From contig CAYUNL010000008.1 in assembly GCA_964446055.1 (NCBI GenBank), forward strand, positions 1-34,083: 34,083 nucleotides of DNA, given 5' to 3'. This document shows, one piece after another, positions 26,474 to 34,083 of the stretch. The notes below the pieces were generated by a model, which was not told the DNA's origin, ran no database searches, and saw nothing but the letters and a program-made list of their open reading frames with translations. The stretch is from an uncultured Alphaproteobacteria bacterium. Its GTDB lineage: Bacteria > Pseudomonadota > Alphaproteobacteria > VGEJ01. The position numbers and the translations under genes are program-made. How positions within the stretch are numbered: position 1 is the first letter of the stretch; the number at the start of each line of letters is the position of its first letter.

Positions 26474-28812
26474 TATCCGCGCTTGGCCGCCTGCATCGCC
26501 TGCCAGACCCGCTCTGGCGTGAGCGGCATGTCGATGTCGGTTACGCCAACCGCGGCCAGCGCATCGAGCGCCGCGTTCATTACCGCCGCCGGGCCGACGA
26601 TGGCACCGGATTCGCCACAGCCCCTGATGCCCAGCGGATGGGCCGGCGAGGGCACTTCGTTGAGAACCAGCGAGAACGGCGGGAGATCGTCGGCACGCGG
26701 CAGGCAGTAGTCCAGGAATGAGCCCGTGAGCAGCTGGCCGTCGCTGCCGTAGATCGTGTCCTCGCACAACGCCTGGCCGATCCCCTGCGCGGTTCCGCCA
26801 TGCACCTGGCCGGCCACCAACATCGGATTGACGACGGTGCCGAAGTCGTTGACCGCGACGTAGCGGCGAATCTCGACCCGGCCGGTCTCGGCGTCGACCG
26901 CGAGCTCGCAGGCATGGCAGCCATTGGGGAACGAGGACGCGGCGTTCGGATACGCTCCGGTTTGGTCGGGAACGTATGCGCCCGACGCCCCGAGCCCACC
27001 GCCGCCGCGACGCTCGGCCTCGGCCGCAACCTCGAACAGTCCGACCCGACGATCGGTGCCGACCACGCGAAACTCACCCTCGTCAAAATCGACGTCGACC
27101 GCGGCCACCTCGAGCAGGTCCGCCGCGATTGTCTTGCCCAGCTCAACGAGCTTGGCCGAGGCGTCCTGGAGCACGGCGGCCGCGAAGACCAGCGAGCGCG
27201 AGCCGCCGGTGCCGCGGCCGCTCGCAATGCGATCGGAATCACCCTGGATTACCGCGACCGCCTCGAACGGCACCCCAAGGCGTGCCGCCACGACCTGCGC
27301 GAACGCGGTCTCGTGTCCCTGTCCGGTCGATTGCCAACCGCTGAGGATCGTCACCTGGCCGGCGCCCGAGACCTCGAGCGTCGCGTCGCCATCGGCCGCC
27401 CCCTCGGTGGCCTCGATGTAGGGCGCGATGCCGAAGCCAAGCAGCCATCCCTTGGCGCGCGCCGCCTCGCGCCGCTCGGCGAAGCCGGCGAACTCGGCGG
27501 TTCGCAACGCAGTCTCCATGTTCTCGGCGAATTTGCCCGAATCGTAGGTCAGGCCCAGCGCCGTGCGATAGGGCATCGCCTCGGGGGCGATGAAGTTGCG
27601 GCGGCGAATCTCGGCCGCGGGCAGGTCAAGCTCGCGGGCCGCCGCCTCGATCAACCGTTCGACGGCGTAAATCGCTTCGGGCTGGCCGGCGCCGCGATAG
27701 GCGTCGACCGGCACGGTGTTGGTGAAGACCCCCCGGACCTCGACGTGAATCGCCGGAATCGCGTAGACGCTGGAGAGGATCGCGCTACCCCCCTCGGTCG
27801 GGATGAACGGAGCGTAGTTCGAAAGGTAGGCGCCCATGTTGGCGATCTTGCGCACGCGCAGGCCAACGATGCGCGCATCGTCATCGAGCGCGATCTCGCC
27901 GTGAGTGGCGTGGTCGCGGGCCTGGGCGTCGCTCAGGAATCCCTCGCCGCGTTCGGCGATCCACTTGACCGGCCGGCCGAGGATGCGCGCCGCCCACAGC
28001 AACAAAGGGTATTCCGGGTAGACGAAGAACTTCATGCCGAAGCCGCCGCCGACATCGGGAGTGACGACGCGCAAGCCATCGCTCGGCAGGCCGAGAATGT
28101 CCTCGCATAGCATGTCGCGAATCCCGTGGACGCCCTGGCCGGCGACATGAAGCGTGTGCCGGCCATCGGCGAAACTGGCCACCGCACCGCGCGTCTCCAA
28201 TGGGTTGGCGACGAGGCGGTTGTTGACGAGGTCGAGGCCGACGGTGTGGGCGGCGCCGGCGAAGGCGCGATTCGTCGCCGCGCCATCGCCCGCTGCCCAG
28301 CGGAAGGCGAGGTTGGCGGGAACCTCGTCCCAGACCAACGGCGCCCCCGGCTCGAGCGCCGCCGCGGTCGCCGCCACCGCCGGCCGGGGCGCGTAGCCGA
28401 CCTCGATGCGCTCGGCGCCGTCGCGAGCGAGCTCGGCGGTCTCCGCCACGATCATCGCCACCCCGTCGCCGACGTGGCGGACCCGGTCGATCGCGAGCGG
28501 CCAACGCGGTGGATCGGCGCACGGCGTGCCATCGGCGTTCTCGACCCTCGCCACGCAAGGCACCGGCCGATACCCGGCGGTGCGGTACTCGGCCCCGGTC
28601 AGCACCGCCAGCACGCCCGGGAGCGCCGCCGCTTCGTCCGTCGCCAGGCGCTCGATGCCGGCGTGGGCGTGGGGCGAGCGCACGATGTGGGCATGCGCCT
28701 GACGCGGTAGCCTGAGGTCGTCGATGTAACGTCCCCGACCGCTGAGAAAGCGCTCGTCCTCGCTACGCGCGGCCGACTGGCCGATGCCGAAATTCACCAC
28801 CCGTCCCACCAC
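26410..28812 (-). CDS. xanthine dehydrogenase/CO dehydrogenase-family molybdopterin-binding large subunit (form-II CoxL-like)
   Basis: This is the C-terminal ~800 aa of the 1218-aa track ORF. It begins near ...VVNFGIGQSAARSEDERFLSGRGRYIDD. In-frame GTG candidates are at 28797, 28800, 28809 and 28812, and the start is uncertain. AYRGAG loop at 27685-27702. The last ~20 codons are antisense to tRNA-Gly. Confidence 0.8.
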   Translation of the reverse strand: MVGRVVNFGIGQSAARSEDERFLSGRGRYIDDLRLPRQAHAHIVRSPHAHAGIERLATDEAAALPGVLAVLTGAEYRTAGYRPVPCVARVENADGTPCADPPRWPLAIDRVRHVGDGVAMIVAETAELARDGAERIEVGYAPRPAVAATAAALEPGAPLVWDEVPANLAFRWAAGDGAATNRAFAGAAHTVGLDLVNNRLVANPLETRGAVASFADGRHTLHVAGQGVHGIRDMLCEDILGLPSDGLRVVTPDVGGGFGMKFFVYPEYPLLLWAARILGRPVKWIAERGEGFLSDAQARDHATHGEIALDDDARIVGLRVRKIANMGAYLSNYAPFIPTEGGSAILSSVYAIPAIHVEVRGVFTNTVPVDAYRGAGQPEAIYAVERLIEAAARELDLPAAEIRRRNFIAPEAMPYRTALGLTYDSGKFAENMETALRTAEFAGFAERREAARAKGWLLGFGIAPYIEATEGAADGDATLEVSGAGQVTILSGWQSTGQGHETAFAQVVAARLGVPFEAVAVIQGDSDRIASGRGTGGSRSLVFAAAVLQDASAKLVELGKTIAADLLEVAAVDVDFDEGEFRVVGTDRRVGLFEVAAEAERRGGGGLGASGAYVPDQTGAYPNAASSFPNGCHACELAVDAETGRVEIRRYVAVNDFGTVVNPMLVAGQVHGGTAQGIGQALCEDTIYGSDGQLLTGSFLDYCLPRADDLPPFSLVLNEVPSPAHPLGIRGCGESGAIVGPAAVMNAALDALAAVGVTDIDMPLTPERVWQAMQAAKRGYGAGDGIRTHDPNLGKVVLYP

Positions 28813-28931
28813 TCGGACTTCGCCGTCCGGATTGCCCGCCTCATCCGCTCCGAAGATGCCGGCGGATGGATGTTGGAATTGTACTCGGCGCAACAGGGAT
28901 TCAGCAGAGAAAACCTCGCCTGCGCCGGCGA

Positions 28932-29330
28932 TCAGGGGCGAGGTGAGGTGTGTGGCGTTGGCTGTGCTGGTCGCCACACACACGGCGGTGGGAGCTCGAT
29001 GCCGCGCTCGATCGCCTCGACCGCCTGATCGGTCTTGCCGCTTTGAAGGTAAACCATGCCGAGCGTCAGATGGTTCGAGTGCGAGGCCGGATTGATCTGC
29101 ACGCCCTTGCGCGCGTGCGCCAGGGCAAGCGCGTACGCCTCCTCCGATCCACTGGTCTGGGCCTCCTCCAGATGGGTCCAGGCCAGTCCCGCGTAGGCGC
29201 GGGCGTAGTCGGGATCGAGCGCCACCGCCTGTTCGTAGAGGCCGCGTGCGGCGAGGAAGTCCTCGGGCGTGAACCGGAGAAAGTGCTCGCGGCCGCGCAG
29301 CACGAAATCGTATACGAGGCTCCGGCCGGG
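28932..29330 (-). pseudogene. TPR-repeat gene remnant (internal fragment; both ends missing)
   Basis: SLVYDFVLRGREHFLRFTPEDFLAARGLYEQAVALDPDYARAYAGLAWTHL... is typical of the TPR region of larger regulator or cyclase proteins. The frame is open right up to the TGA of the upstream gene (29331-29333). The C-terminus decays into PPPCVWRPAQPTPHTSPRP. Confidence 0.45.
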
Positions 29331-29963
29331 TCAGCCGCGCGCGCGCAGGAGGTCGCGCCGCTCGGTGCTCGCGAGCCGCCGCTCGAGCTCGCGGACGCGG
29401 GCGCGGAGCTGCGCGAGCTGCCGCTCGCCCTCGGCCTCGGTGTAGCGGGGCGTGATGTGCTGGGGACAGTTCACGTCCCATGCCTCGAGCGTGAACACGA
29501 TCGCCTGCTCGGGCCGCGCCGCATAGCCGGGCTCGGCCAGCCGCTCCAGTAGCGCGGGATCGTCCTCGACCACCGTGGCCCGGCCCCAGACCTTGATGCG
29601 GCGACGGTTGGGGTAGTCCATGAGGAAGAGGAAGGCGCGCGGGTTCTCGGCCAGATTGCCGGCGCTGATGTATTGCCGGTTGCCGCGGAAATCGGCGAAG
29701 GCCAGCGTGCGTTCGTCGAGCACCTTGAGGAAGCCAGGCGGTCCGCCGCGATGCTGGACGTAGGGCTGGCCTTCGGCGCTTGCGGTGGAGAGATAGAACG
29801 AATCCCGGGCGGCGATGAATTCGGCGAGCTCGGGCGTGATCGTCGACGACCAACCGCCCTTTTCCTCCATTCGCTGGTAGCCGGCGCGCGATCCGCGCCG
29901 TGTCTGTTCGGCCTTGACCGCGGCGCTGAAGGCGACGTCGCTGAGCGGAGTTGTCATGTCCAT
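29331..29963 (-). CDS. pyridoxamine 5'-phosphate oxidase-family FMN-binding protein
   Basis: Start MDMTTPLSD at ATG 29961-29963 (alternative ATG at 29955-29957, which is better spaced from GGGGGAG). Contains FYLSTASAEGQPYVQHRGGPPGFLKVLD...FADFRGNRQYIS, plus a coiled C-terminal tail. 210 aa. Confidence 0.7.
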   Translation of the reverse strand: MDMTTPLSDVAFSAAVKAEQTRRGSRAGYQRMEEKGGWSSTITPELAEFIAARDSFYLSTASAEGQPYVQHRGGPPGFLKVLDERTLAFADFRGNRQYISAGNLAENPRAFLFLMDYPNRRRIKVWGRATVVEDDPALLERLAEPGYAARPEQAIVFTLEAWDVNCPQHITPRYTEAEGERQLAQLRARVRELERRLASTERRDLLRARG

Positions 29964-29977
29964 GCTCCCCCGCTGGG

Positions 29978-30277
29978 CTAGGCGGGCTCGCCCGAGACCG
30001 GCACGATCGAGAACCAGTCCTTGCCCGAGGCGACGACGCAGGCCCGACCCTCGGGGTCGGTGACAATCACGGTCCAGCCGCCAGCCTCGGCCACGAACAG
30101 CTCGACCATGGCGGCGCCGCGGGTGGCCAGGCCGCGGCCCGCGGCGCGCTCGGCGAACTGCGTCTCGAGCTTGGCGACCGCGGCGTCGCGCGGCAGACAG
30201 GCCTGTTGAGCCGCGGCGAGCGGCGCGAAACTCAGCAGTGTTGCGGCGACTACGAGACTTCGAATCAGTGCATTCAT
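29978..30277 (-). CDS. small secreted protein of unknown function
   Basis: 99 aa. Strong SD GGAGGA 7 nt upstream of the ATG. Sec signal peptide MNALIRSLVVAATLLSFAPLAAAQQ. Two Cys in the mature part. Confidence 0.6.
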   Translation of the reverse strand: MNALIRSLVVAATLLSFAPLAAAQQACLPRDAAVAKLETQFAERAAGRGLATRGAAMVELFVAEAGGWTVIVTDPEGRACVVASGKDWFSIVPVSGEPA

Positions 30278-30405
30278 CGGTCGGTCCTCCGTTGGCAGTC
30301 ACTCGCATATAGACCGACCGGTCCGTTTTTCAAGACTAGGCATTACACAAAACGTTCATTAGCTCTTCCCTATCGGATTGCGGGCACTATGTTAGACAAA
30401 ACGGT

Positions 30406-31005
30406 ATGTCCAGTTTGGACCGCGAAAGGACAGCAGCGATGGCCTCGGCCAAACGCGAGCAACTCGTCGATACGGCGCTGGAACTGTTCTATCAGCGCGG
30501 CTTCAACGCCACCGGCATCGACAAGGTCCTGGCCGAAGCCGGGGTCGCCAAGATGACGCTCTACAACCACTTCACGTCCAAAGACGAGCTGATCCTGGCG
30601 GCGCTGCGCCGGCGCGACGAACGCTTTCGCAATTGGCTCATGCGTTCCGTCGAGGAGCGCGCAGACACGCCACGGGCGCGCCTGCTCGCGGTGTTTGCCG
30701 CCCTCGATGCGTGGTTCAAGCAAGACGACTTCCGCGGCTGCATGTTCATCAACGCGGCGGCCGAGTTCTCGGGTATCGCCGATCCCATTCAGGGGGCCGC
30801 CGCCGAGCACAAGAGGCTGGTCGCGGGCTACCTTGCCGGCCTTGCCGAGGAGGCCGGCGCCAAAGATCCCGAGCGGCTTGCCTTCGAGCTCTCGCTGCTG
30901 CTCGACGGCGCCATCGTCTGCGCCCACGTCTGCGGCGTCTCCGATGCCGCCGCCCGCGCCCAGGCGGCGGCCGAGGTGCTGATCGACACCGCGCTCTCCG
31001 GCTAG
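30406..31005 (+). CDS. TetR/AcrR family transcriptional regulator
   Basis: 199 aa. N-terminal HTH region LELFYQRGFNATGIDKVLAEAGVAKMTLYNHFTSKDEL is canonical TetR_N. Confidence 0.9.
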   Translation: MSSLDRERTAAMASAKREQLVDTALELFYQRGFNATGIDKVLAEAGVAKMTLYNHFTSKDELILAALRRRDERFRNWLMRSVEERADTPRARLLAVFAALDAWFKQDDFRGCMFINAAAEFSGIADPIQGAAAEHKRLVAGYLAGLAEEAGAKDPERLAFELSLLLDGAIVCAHVCGVSDAAARAQAAAEVLIDTALSG

Positions 31006-31099
31006 AACGCTCGCCGACACGCCGCACAAACGGGTGCCCCACCTATGCTAACCTCCCAGCCGAGGGCGGTCGGCGAAAAGCTTCGGAGGGGGATGAATC

Positions 31100-32233
31100 G
31101 TGGCCGAGCTGCGGATAGGTCTGATCGGGTCGGGATATATGGGCAAGGCCCACGCGCTCGCCTACCGTGCCGTGCCCGGCGTGTTCGCATTGCCCGCGGT
31201 GCCCATCCTGGAGGTGCTGGCCGACGTCGACGCCGCGACCGCCAAGGGCGCCGGTGAGGCCTTCGGTTTCGCGCGCTCGACCGGGGATTGGCGCGAGCTG
31301 GTGGGCGATCCGCGGGTCGACGTGGTCGACATCACCACCCCCAACGTGCTGCACAAAGAGATGGCGTTCGCCACCATCGATGCCGGCAAGCCGGTCTATT
31401 GCGAAAAGCCGCTCGCACCCACCGCGGCCGATGCCAAGGCCATGGTCGAGCGCGCCGAGGCCGCCGGGGTCAAGACCATGGTCGGGTTCAACTACCTCAA
31501 GAACCCGATAACGGTACTAGCCAAAGAGATCGTCGAATCGGGCGAGTTGGGGGAGGTTCACGCCTTCCGCGGCACCCATCTCGAGGACTACATGCTCGAC
31601 CCCGATTCGCTGGTCAGCGCCTGGCGGCTCGATCCGCGCTCGGGAGACGGCGTCATCGTCGACCTCGCGAGCCACGTCGTCTCGCTCGCCCGCCACCTGA
31701 TCGGCGATATCGAGGCGGTGTGCGCCGACCGCGACACCGTAGTCACCGAGCGTCGAGCCGCCGCCGGCGAGGAGACCACCCAGACCGTGGAGGTCGCCGA
31801 CCAGATGCGGACGCTGGTCCGCTTCGCCGGCGGGGCCAAGGGCACCATCGAGGCGAGCTGGATCGCCACCGGCCGCAAGATGGGTATCGTCTGCGAGATC
31901 ACCGGGGCCAAGGGGGCGCTGCGCTTCGATTTCGAGCGGCTCAACGAGCTCTACCTTTACACCACCGGTCAAGCCAAGGGCCGCGAGGGCTTCAAGACCA
32001 TCCTCACCGGCCCCGATCATAAGGACTACGCGAACTTCTGCTTGGCGCCGGGCCACCAGCTCGGCTTCAACGACATCAAGGTGATCGAGGTGCGCGACTT
32101 GATCGAGGGCCTGGTCGCCAGCGATGCCAAGCCGTGGCCCGATTTCCGCGAAGCCTGGCAGGTCCAGCGCGTGATCGACGCCATCAGCGCCTCTGGCCGC
32201 GAGGACCGCTGGGTACGGACCGCCGAGTTTTAG
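31100..32233 (+). CDS. Gfo/Idh/MocA family NAD(P)-dependent oxidoreductase
   Basis: 377 aa. GTG start with GGAGGGGGA upstream. Rossmann motif IGLIGSGYMGKAHALAY, and the EKP motif (VYCEKPLA). Confidence 0.88.
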   Translation: MAELRIGLIGSGYMGKAHALAYRAVPGVFALPAVPILEVLADVDAATAKGAGEAFGFARSTGDWRELVGDPRVDVVDITTPNVLHKEMAFATIDAGKPVYCEKPLAPTAADAKAMVERAEAAGVKTMVGFNYLKNPITVLAKEIVESGELGEVHAFRGTHLEDYMLDPDSLVSAWRLDPRSGDGVIVDLASHVVSLARHLIGDIEAVCADRDTVVTERRAAAGEETTQTVEVADQMRTLVRFAGGAKGTIEASWIATGRKMGIVCEITGAKGALRFDFERLNELYLYTTGQAKGREGFKTILTGPDHKDYANFCLAPGHQLGFNDIKVIEVRDLIEGLVASDAKPWPDFREAWQVQRVIDAISASGREDRWVRTAEF

Positions 32234-32243
32234 AGTCCGGCGA

Positions 32244-32948
32244 TTAGCTTTTGCCGTAGACCGGCACCACGGCGCCCCGGGCCGCTAGGTTCTGCGGCGA
32301 GGCGAGGAAGGCGATAACCGCCGCCACCTCCGCGACCTTGGGCCACGCCGCGAAGTCCGCGCTCGGCATGGCGGCGCGGTTGGCCGGGGTATCCAAGATC
32401 GACGGCGCCACCGCGTTGACCCAGATCGCTTCGTCCTTGAGCTCTTCTGCGAGCGCCTGGGTCAGCGCCGCCACCGCCGCCTTCGAGGCCGTGTAGGCCA
32501 CCATTCCGGCGCCCTGGCGCGGCTCCAGCGCCGGCCGCGCCGCGACGTTGACGATACGCCCACCCTCGCTGGGCCCGCCCCGCATGTTGGCGATCGCGGC
32601 GCGGCAGCAGAGGTGACAGCTGAGGGCATTGAGGTCCATCTGAGCGCGGAACGCGGCGGCGTCGATTTCGGCGAGTGGCGCCATGGCGAAACCCCCGGCG
32701 ACGTGAACCGAGGCCCAAAGATCGGGCAGCGCCGCATAGAATGACTCGACCGCGCCCTCCTCGGCGAGATCCACCTCGAGAGCCACACCTACCCGCTCGT
32801 CCGCGGCGTAGGCGAATCCGTCAAGCTCGGCCGCGACCAGGTTGGGCACATGACACAGCGCGCCGGCGGCCAACAGCTCGCCGACGACGGCGGCCCCCAA
32901 GACCCCGGTCCCCCCGGTTACGACGACGTGCCGACCGTTGAAATCCAT
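32244..32948 (-). CDS. SDR family oxidoreductase
   Basis: ATG at 32946-32948 (MDFNGRHVVVTGGTGVLG); the track start is an upstream TTG. TGxxxG cofactor motif and catalytic YTASK (YxxxK). 234 aa. Confidence 0.85.
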   Translation of the reverse strand: MDFNGRHVVVTGGTGVLGAAVVGELLAAGALCHVPNLVAAELDGFAYAADERVGVALEVDLAEEGAVESFYAALPDLWASVHVAGGFAMAPLAEIDAAAFRAQMDLNALSCHLCCRAAIANMRGGPSEGGRIVNVAARPALEPRQGAGMVAYTASKAAVAALTQALAEELKDEAIWVNAVAPSILDTPANRAAMPSADFAAWPKVAEVAAVIAFLASPQNLAARGAVVPVYGKS

Positions 32949-32983
32949 GCCCAACTATACCAGGGCGGGCGCCGCTCGGCCGT

Positions 32984-33844
32984 CTACTCGACGCCGCGGC
33001 GTTCGGAGTGGAAGAACGACCAGATCAGACCGCCGCCCGCCGCCCAGGTCAGGCGTTCGATAAAGAGCGGGCTCCGCTCGTTGGCGGCGCCGTGATGAGA
33101 ATCGCCGCGCAGGGCCACGAACAACCGCCACCGAGGCCCAAGGGGCTGGATCCCACTGAGCTGCAGCCGGGTGCCGACATAGCCCGCGCGCGCGTCGAAC
33201 GCGGGCCGGCTCGCGGTCGCGAAACGTGGCTCCACCTGGTAGAAGTAGTCCATGAACTCGGTCGTCGCGAAGCTGGCGGTGAGCCCCAGCTTCACTTCCA
33301 GGCCGCGGCCGCCGAGATCATCGTGTTGGTAGGCGATCTGGGGTGCGGCGAGCAAACCTCGGTAGTCGAGGTCCGAGAAATCGGTCGACAGGACGGCACG
33401 GACCGGCAGTTCGAAATCGATCTTGGCGTCGCGTGCCGCCCGCGCGAGCGTGATCTGCAATCGCGGCCCGATCTCGCCCAGGTAGTCGAGGTCGGGGAGA
33501 CCGGTACGGGCGTCGTTGTCGTCGGAATCGGCAGCGAAAGAGCCCGACAGGCTAAGGTCGAGCTCGATCCGCTCGGTGCGCACGACGCGCCCGCGCAAGA
33601 GTCCCTTTTCGTCGGAACGGAAGAACCTGCCGCGATAGGCGAGATAGGGAAGGGCGATGCCCTGGAAGTGGGATTGTCCGGCGGCCGGGTAGTCGGGAAG
33701 ATAGCCGCCCCCGCCCGCGACGCCCAATTCGAACAGCGGCTTGGCCTCGGGCTCGGCCGCCACAACCTTGGGGGCCACGGCGAACGCCAAGACCGCGGCG
33801 CCCAAGCAGCCAAGGATCGCGCGCCGCCGCTCAGCCCTTCCCAT
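32984..33844 (-). CDS. MipA/OmpV family outer-membrane protein
   Basis: Start MGRAERRRAILG at ATG 33842-33844, with a signal peptide. Contains LFELGVAGGGGYLPDYPAAGQS and alternating beta-strand pattern, and ends in an aromatic-rich beta-barrel terminus. 286 aa. Confidence 0.7.
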   Translation of the reverse strand: MGRAERRRAILGCLGAAVLAFAVAPKVVAAEPEAKPLFELGVAGGGGYLPDYPAAGQSHFQGIALPYLAYRGRFFRSDEKGLLRGRVVRTERIELDLSLSGSFAADSDDNDARTGLPDLDYLGEIGPRLQITLARAARDAKIDFELPVRAVLSTDFSDLDYRGLLAAPQIAYQHDDLGGRGLEVKLGLTASFATTEFMDYFYQVEPRFATASRPAFDARAGYVGTRLQLSGIQPLGPRWRLFVALRGDSHHGAANERSPLFIERLTWAAGGGLIWSFFHSERRGVE

Positions 33845-33855
33845 CGGTCCGCCCC

Positions 33856-34083
33856 TCAGCCGGCGAAGTAGGCCTTGGTGCCGTGGGCTTCGACCGCCGC
33901 GGCGATACGCTCGAGGGCGTGGACGTACGCGGCGGTCCGCAGATCGAGCCCGCGAGTTCCGGCGACGTCCCAGACCAAGCGCGACTCGCGCTCCATGATC
34001 GCTCGGAGCCGGCCCGTCACCTCCTCGGCATCCCAATAGAATCCGGCCTTGTTCTGCACCCACTCGAAGTAGCTGACGGTGAC
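33856..34083 (-). CDS. Glu/Leu/Phe/Val dehydrogenase (glutamate dehydrogenase-like), C-terminal fragment; 5' part beyond window end
   Basis: The frame is open to the window edge. It reads VTVSYFEWVQNKAGFYWDAEEVTGRL...LRTAAYVHALERIA. SYFEWVQN is a conserved motif of this family. Confidence 0.8.
   Translation of the reverse strand, partial: VTVSYFEWVQNKAGFYWDAEEVTGRLRAIMERESRLVWDVAGTRGLDLRTAAYVHALERIAAAVEAHGTKAYFAG

Noticed and set aside
28813-30066. 5' extension of the CoxL-like ORF to 1218 aa
   Set aside because: The sequence is low-complexity Arg/Ala/Pro. It overlaps the PNPOx-family gene and the TPR remnant in other frames. CoxL-family proteins begin at the FGIGQS...R.ED.RFLTG motif, found near 28800.
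30316-30420. Short palindromes in the TetR/secreted-protein divergent region: GACCGGTC at 30316-30323 and GTCCA-GTT-TGGAC at 30408-30420, the latter overlapping the tetR ATG
   Set aside because: They could be TetR operator half-sites. However, 8-bp and 5-3-5 palindromes are expected by chance in 34 kb of GC-rich DNA, so I cannot support a call without conservation data.
26474-34083. Genomic island integrated at the 3' end of tRNA-Gly
   Set aside because: I saw no integrase, transposase, or phage or conjugation genes. I found no direct repeat of the tRNA 3' end by eye. The only match is an 8-nt TTCGAATC at 30259-30266, inside the coding sequence of the small secreted protein, which is too short to be meaningful. 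Local rearrangement seems likely (see findings), but a classical island is not supported.
1-34083. CRISPR arrays, IS elements, toxin-antitoxin pairs or known defence-system signatures
   Set aside because: No regularly spaced repeats, terminal inverted repeats, or DDE/serine/tyrosine recombinase-like ORFs were seen on either strand. No small adjacent ORF pairs suggestive of TA modules were seen either.

Overview
High-GC chromosomal segment, probably alphaproteobacterial (inferred from gene content and synteny; no database search was possible). About 35 real genes are tightly packed. Many long ORFs in the six-frame track are stop-poor antisense or off-frame artefacts or 5' over-extensions, and I trimmed starts using stop/start overlaps and SD-like motifs. 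Housekeeping blocks: ftsK-lolA, amtB, a UbiH-family hydroxylase, DUF971, Trm112, a LON-domain protein, a YbbN-like thioredoxin and tRNA-Gly(GCC). The most interesting part is 972..17535. An 11-gene, translationally coupled minus-strand operon encodes four glycosyltransferases, a histidine phosphatase, a NodB-like deacetylase, a small membrane protein and a family-5 SBP ABC importer with a fused double ATPase. It diverges from a plus-strand unit encoding a 902-aa ABC exporter, a stand-alone cyclic-nucleotide-binding protein and a small methyltransferase-fold protein, which ends tail-to-tail with an orphan CheY-like receiver. The exporter's nucleotide-binding domain is expanded by about 300 residues of reiterated helical-subdomain-like segments, and its catalytic motifs are degenerate. 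No Wzx/Wzy/Wza-type or priming-transferase genes are present. I read this as a candidate uncharacterised, possibly cyclic-nucleotide-controlled, glycoconjugate synthesis/export system; this is inference. The region downstream of tRNA-Gly looks rearranged: an orphan form-II CoxL-like gene reads antisense through the tRNA, and next to it is a TPR gene remnant truncated at both ends. No CRISPR arrays, transposases or integrases were seen.
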